IMG/VR virus record: IMGVR_UViG_2693429623_000007
Reading direction: 5' to 3' (one strand)
Source of the DNA: a virus
Lineage: Duplodnaviria; Heunggongvirae; Uroviricota; Caudoviricetes
Length of the DNA: 7,648 nucleotides
In this document: in pieces, positions 5,915 through 7,648 of the stretch
Numbering within the stretch: position 1 is the stretch's first letter
Layout: every line of letters begins with the position of its first letter
Made by a program: the position numbers and the translations under genes
The notes under the pieces: generated by a model
Told to the model about the DNA's origin: nothing
Database searches by the model: none
The model's input: the letters and a program-made list of their open reading frames with translations, nothing else

Positions 5915-6179
5915 CCTTCCCGGATTGCTGAATGTGGCGTTATGCACGGTTATCGTGCTGACGCTCTTTTTTTATCGTCGCCGTGATTCCAGACATAAAC
6001 CGCTGGTGTCATGGCTGGCCTGGCTGCTGATGCTGCTGTATGCCTTTGCGCCCCTCAGCTATCTGTGTGGTCGCCCGTTAGCAACGGGCTGGCTGGAAGT
6101 GTTTTTTAACCTGCTGTTCTGCGTGCTGGTGATACGCGCACGCGGGAACGTCACAAAAATCTTTCCATTGTTGAGGTGA
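5904..6179 (+). CDS. Lysis-associated membrane protein (92 aa; second holin or antiholin candidate)
   Basis: ATG 5904 preceded by ggaggagg; overlaps the upstream stop by 11 nt. Product MLSNLPGLLNVALCTVIVLTLFFYRRRDSRHKPLVSWLAWLLMLLYAFAPLSYLCGRPLATGWLEVFFNLLFCVLVIRARGNVTKIFPLLR*, about 3 hydrophobic segments by eye. Stop TGA 6177-6179. Confidence 0.5.
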   Translation: MLSNLPGLLNVALCTVIVLTLFFYRRRDSRHKPLVSWLAWLLMLLYAFAPLSYLCGRPLATGWLEVFFNLLFCVLVIRARGNVTKIFPLLR

Positions 6180-6181
6180 AT

Positions 6182-6559
6182 ATGCCGGGTAAATTCAGAT
6201 TCAGCCGTCGCAGTGAAAAAAATCTGGAGGGTGTCAAACCACAGCTGGTTGCTGTAGTTCGCCGTGCGCTGGAGCTGACGGAGGTTGATTTCGGTATTAC
6301 GGAAGGCCTGCGCAGTAAGTATCGCCAGAAACAGCTGGTTGCGGAAGGGAAAAGCCAGACCATGAACAGCCGCCACCTGACCGGTGATGCGGTGGATGTT
6401 GTGGCCTACATTGGCAGTCAGGTGTCATGGGAGTGGCCTCTGTACGAGAAAATCGCACAGGCATTTAAGCAGGCTGCCGCAGAGCTGGGGATCGCTATCG
6501 AATGGGGCGGGGACTGGAAAACGCTGAAAGACGGACCTCACTTTCAGCTGAAGCGATAA
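6182..6559 (+). CDS. Endolysin, peptidase M15 family (L-alanyl-D-glutamate peptidase / VanY-like)
   Basis: ATG 6182 after gaggtg (the track uses GTG 6176). Putative zinc ligands in SRHLTGDAVD (H-x6-D) and DGPHFQL, as in T5-type endolysins (recalled). Directly follows two membrane-protein genes. Confidence 0.8.
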   Translation: MPGKFRFSRRSEKNLEGVKPQLVAVVRRALELTEVDFGITEGLRSKYRQKQLVAEGKSQTMNSRHLTGDAVDVVAYIGSQVSWEWPLYEKIAQAFKQAAAELGIAIEWGGDWKTLKDGPHFQLKR

Positions 6560-6566
6560 GTAAAAC

Positions 6567-6599
6567 AAAACCCCGGCTGGGGGAACAGTCCGGGGTTTT
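6567..6599 (+). terminator. Rho-independent terminator after the endolysin (3' side abuts N gap)
   Basis: aaaaccccgg ... ccggggtttt, a GC-rich stem with a 13-nt loop and four T's before the N run. Confidence 0.5.
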
Positions 6600-6823
6600 N
6601 NNNNNNNNNNNNNNNNNNNNNNNNNNNNNNNNNNNNNNNNNNNNNNNNNNNNNNNNNNNNNNNNNNNNNNNNNNNNNNNNNNNNNNNNNNNNNNNNNNNN
6701 NNNNNNNNNNNNNNNNNNNNNNNNNNNNNNNNNNNNNNNNNNNNNNNNNNNNNNNNNNNNNNNNNNNNNNNNNNNNNNNNNNNNNNNNNNNNNNNNNNNN
6801 NNNNNNNNNNNNNNNNNNNNNNN
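6600..6823. other. Assembly gap (224 N)
   Basis: Run of n between the endolysin terminator and the lipoprotein gene. Confidence 1.
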
Positions 6824-6857
6824 GCTGTTCTGATTTGGGCTGTGCGTTGGTGGTGAT

Positions 6858-7040
6858 ATGGCGCGAAAACACTGGACACACAGAATGCCGCGAACGGCGG
6901 TGAAACGGGCACTGGTAGCGATACTGGTGCCTTTTTTATTGGTGGGGTGCGTCAGCCTGGATAAGGCGCGCCAGCTTTTCGATACCGCGTCTCAGGTCTG
7001 TGAAATTGTCGACGGTGTTCGGCAGTGTCTGCAGAACTGA
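6858..7040 (+). CDS. Small lipoprotein (60-aa precursor); possible o-spanin (Rz1-like) or other outer-membrane lipoprotein
   Basis: ATG 6858 after ggtggtga. Basic N-region MARKHWTHRMPRTAVKR, hydrophobic core ALVAILVPFLL, lipobox LVGC. Mature part of about 37 aa with two further Cys. Not proline-rich as lambda Rz1 is, so the spanin assignment is weak. Confidence 0.45.
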   Translation: MARKHWTHRMPRTAVKRALVAILVPFLLVGCVSLDKARQLFDTASQVCEIVDGVRQCLQN

Positions 7041-7214
7041 TCGCCTGTAAGAGCAGAATATTTTGCTGAAAAATGAAGGATGCGCCAGCGTCCGGTAAGC
7101 ATGAAATTCTGTGTTTGTGGCTACTCAATAAAATAAATTCTTTCTGTCGCCGCGAATACTCAAATGTTGATCAGTGCCCGGTGCGGCGACGGGCTTCGAT
7201 ATCAGGAGACGATG

Positions 7215-7608
7215 ATGGAAAAAAACAGAAAACAAACCGATTGTAATTGGTGCTGATGCTGCTCCGTTTAAGTTTGAGTTGTCTCAACTGGTGGAGATGC
7301 GTATCAGTGATGAATGGGGTGAGGTTAAAGCCCGCGCGCAGTATGCGGATGGCGAAAACCAGTACTTGATCCACTACAAAGCAGCTGATGGTCGCGCCAC
7401 GACGGAGTGGTTTGGTGAGTCAATGCTGGAAGCAACAGAAGATGATCGTCATCCGGGTTGTCCGGTATTTGCCGGTATGAAATTACCGGAAGGTGCAGTT
7501 GAACTGCAGCCGGGTGAGGTGTTCGTAATGACAGACATCATTGATGGTAAACCGCAGTATTCGCGTATTGAAATGAATAGTAAGAGTGCTCGCCTGATTC
7601 GTGAGTAA
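7215..7608 (+). CDS. Hypothetical protein, apparently frameshifted at an A7 tract (7219-7225); uninterrupted frame runs 7279/7297-7608
   Basis: ATGATG at 7212-7217 with SD aggag at 7204-7208 opens a frame that stops after 14 codons. The long frame (W K K T E N K P I V I G ... ARLIRE*, stop 7606-7608) has no ATG until 7297 and no SD for the TTG at 7279 or the ATG at 7297. Removing one A from the tract fuses the SD-preceded start to the long frame, giving about 131 aa. Confidence 0.5.
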
Positions 7609-7648
7609 CAGGCATTACAGCAGCCCTTCACTCTAAGGGGTTGCTGTA

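Noticed and set aside
6059-6376. Minus-strand ORFs 6059-6376 and 6151-6363
   Set aside because: Antisense to the M15 endolysin and the upstream membrane protein.
6495-6912. Track ORFs spanning the 224-N gap (6495-6881, 6502-6903, 6544-6912)
   Set aside because: Artefacts of translating N as X.
7171-7631. Minus-strand ORFs 7171-7374 and 7449-7631
   Set aside because: Antisense to the final plus-strand ORF; no independent support.

Overview
This window reads as the late-regulatory, accessory and lysis region of a lambdoid (E. coli-type) prophage, all on the + strand, but it is not one clean haplotype. Single n's (1182, 4098) and N runs (2113-2179, 3071-3081, 3151-3179, 6600-6823) sit exactly where sequence similarity to a neighbouring duplicate segment breaks, so the window looks like a scaffold stitched from two or three paralogous prophage alleles. 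Gene order: rusA 3' end, a Q-like antiterminator with its own late promoter and terminator, a 65-aa helix-turn-helix-like gene (two full alleles), a lambda-type Q C-terminal fragment with a lambda-like pR'/tR', a beta-class N6-adenine DNA methyltransferase in several allelic pieces, three tRNAs (Ile2/Met-CAU, Arg-UCG, Arg-UCU), a TerB-like protein in the slot where Stx phages carry stxAB, a small hydrophobic ORF, a lysis cassette (holin-like protein, overlapping 3-TM protein, M15 peptidase endolysin), a small lipoprotein, and a final ORF that appears frameshifted at an A7 tract. No stx, CRISPR array or IS element was seen. All identifications are by eye from the sequence and recalled family motifs; no database search was run.
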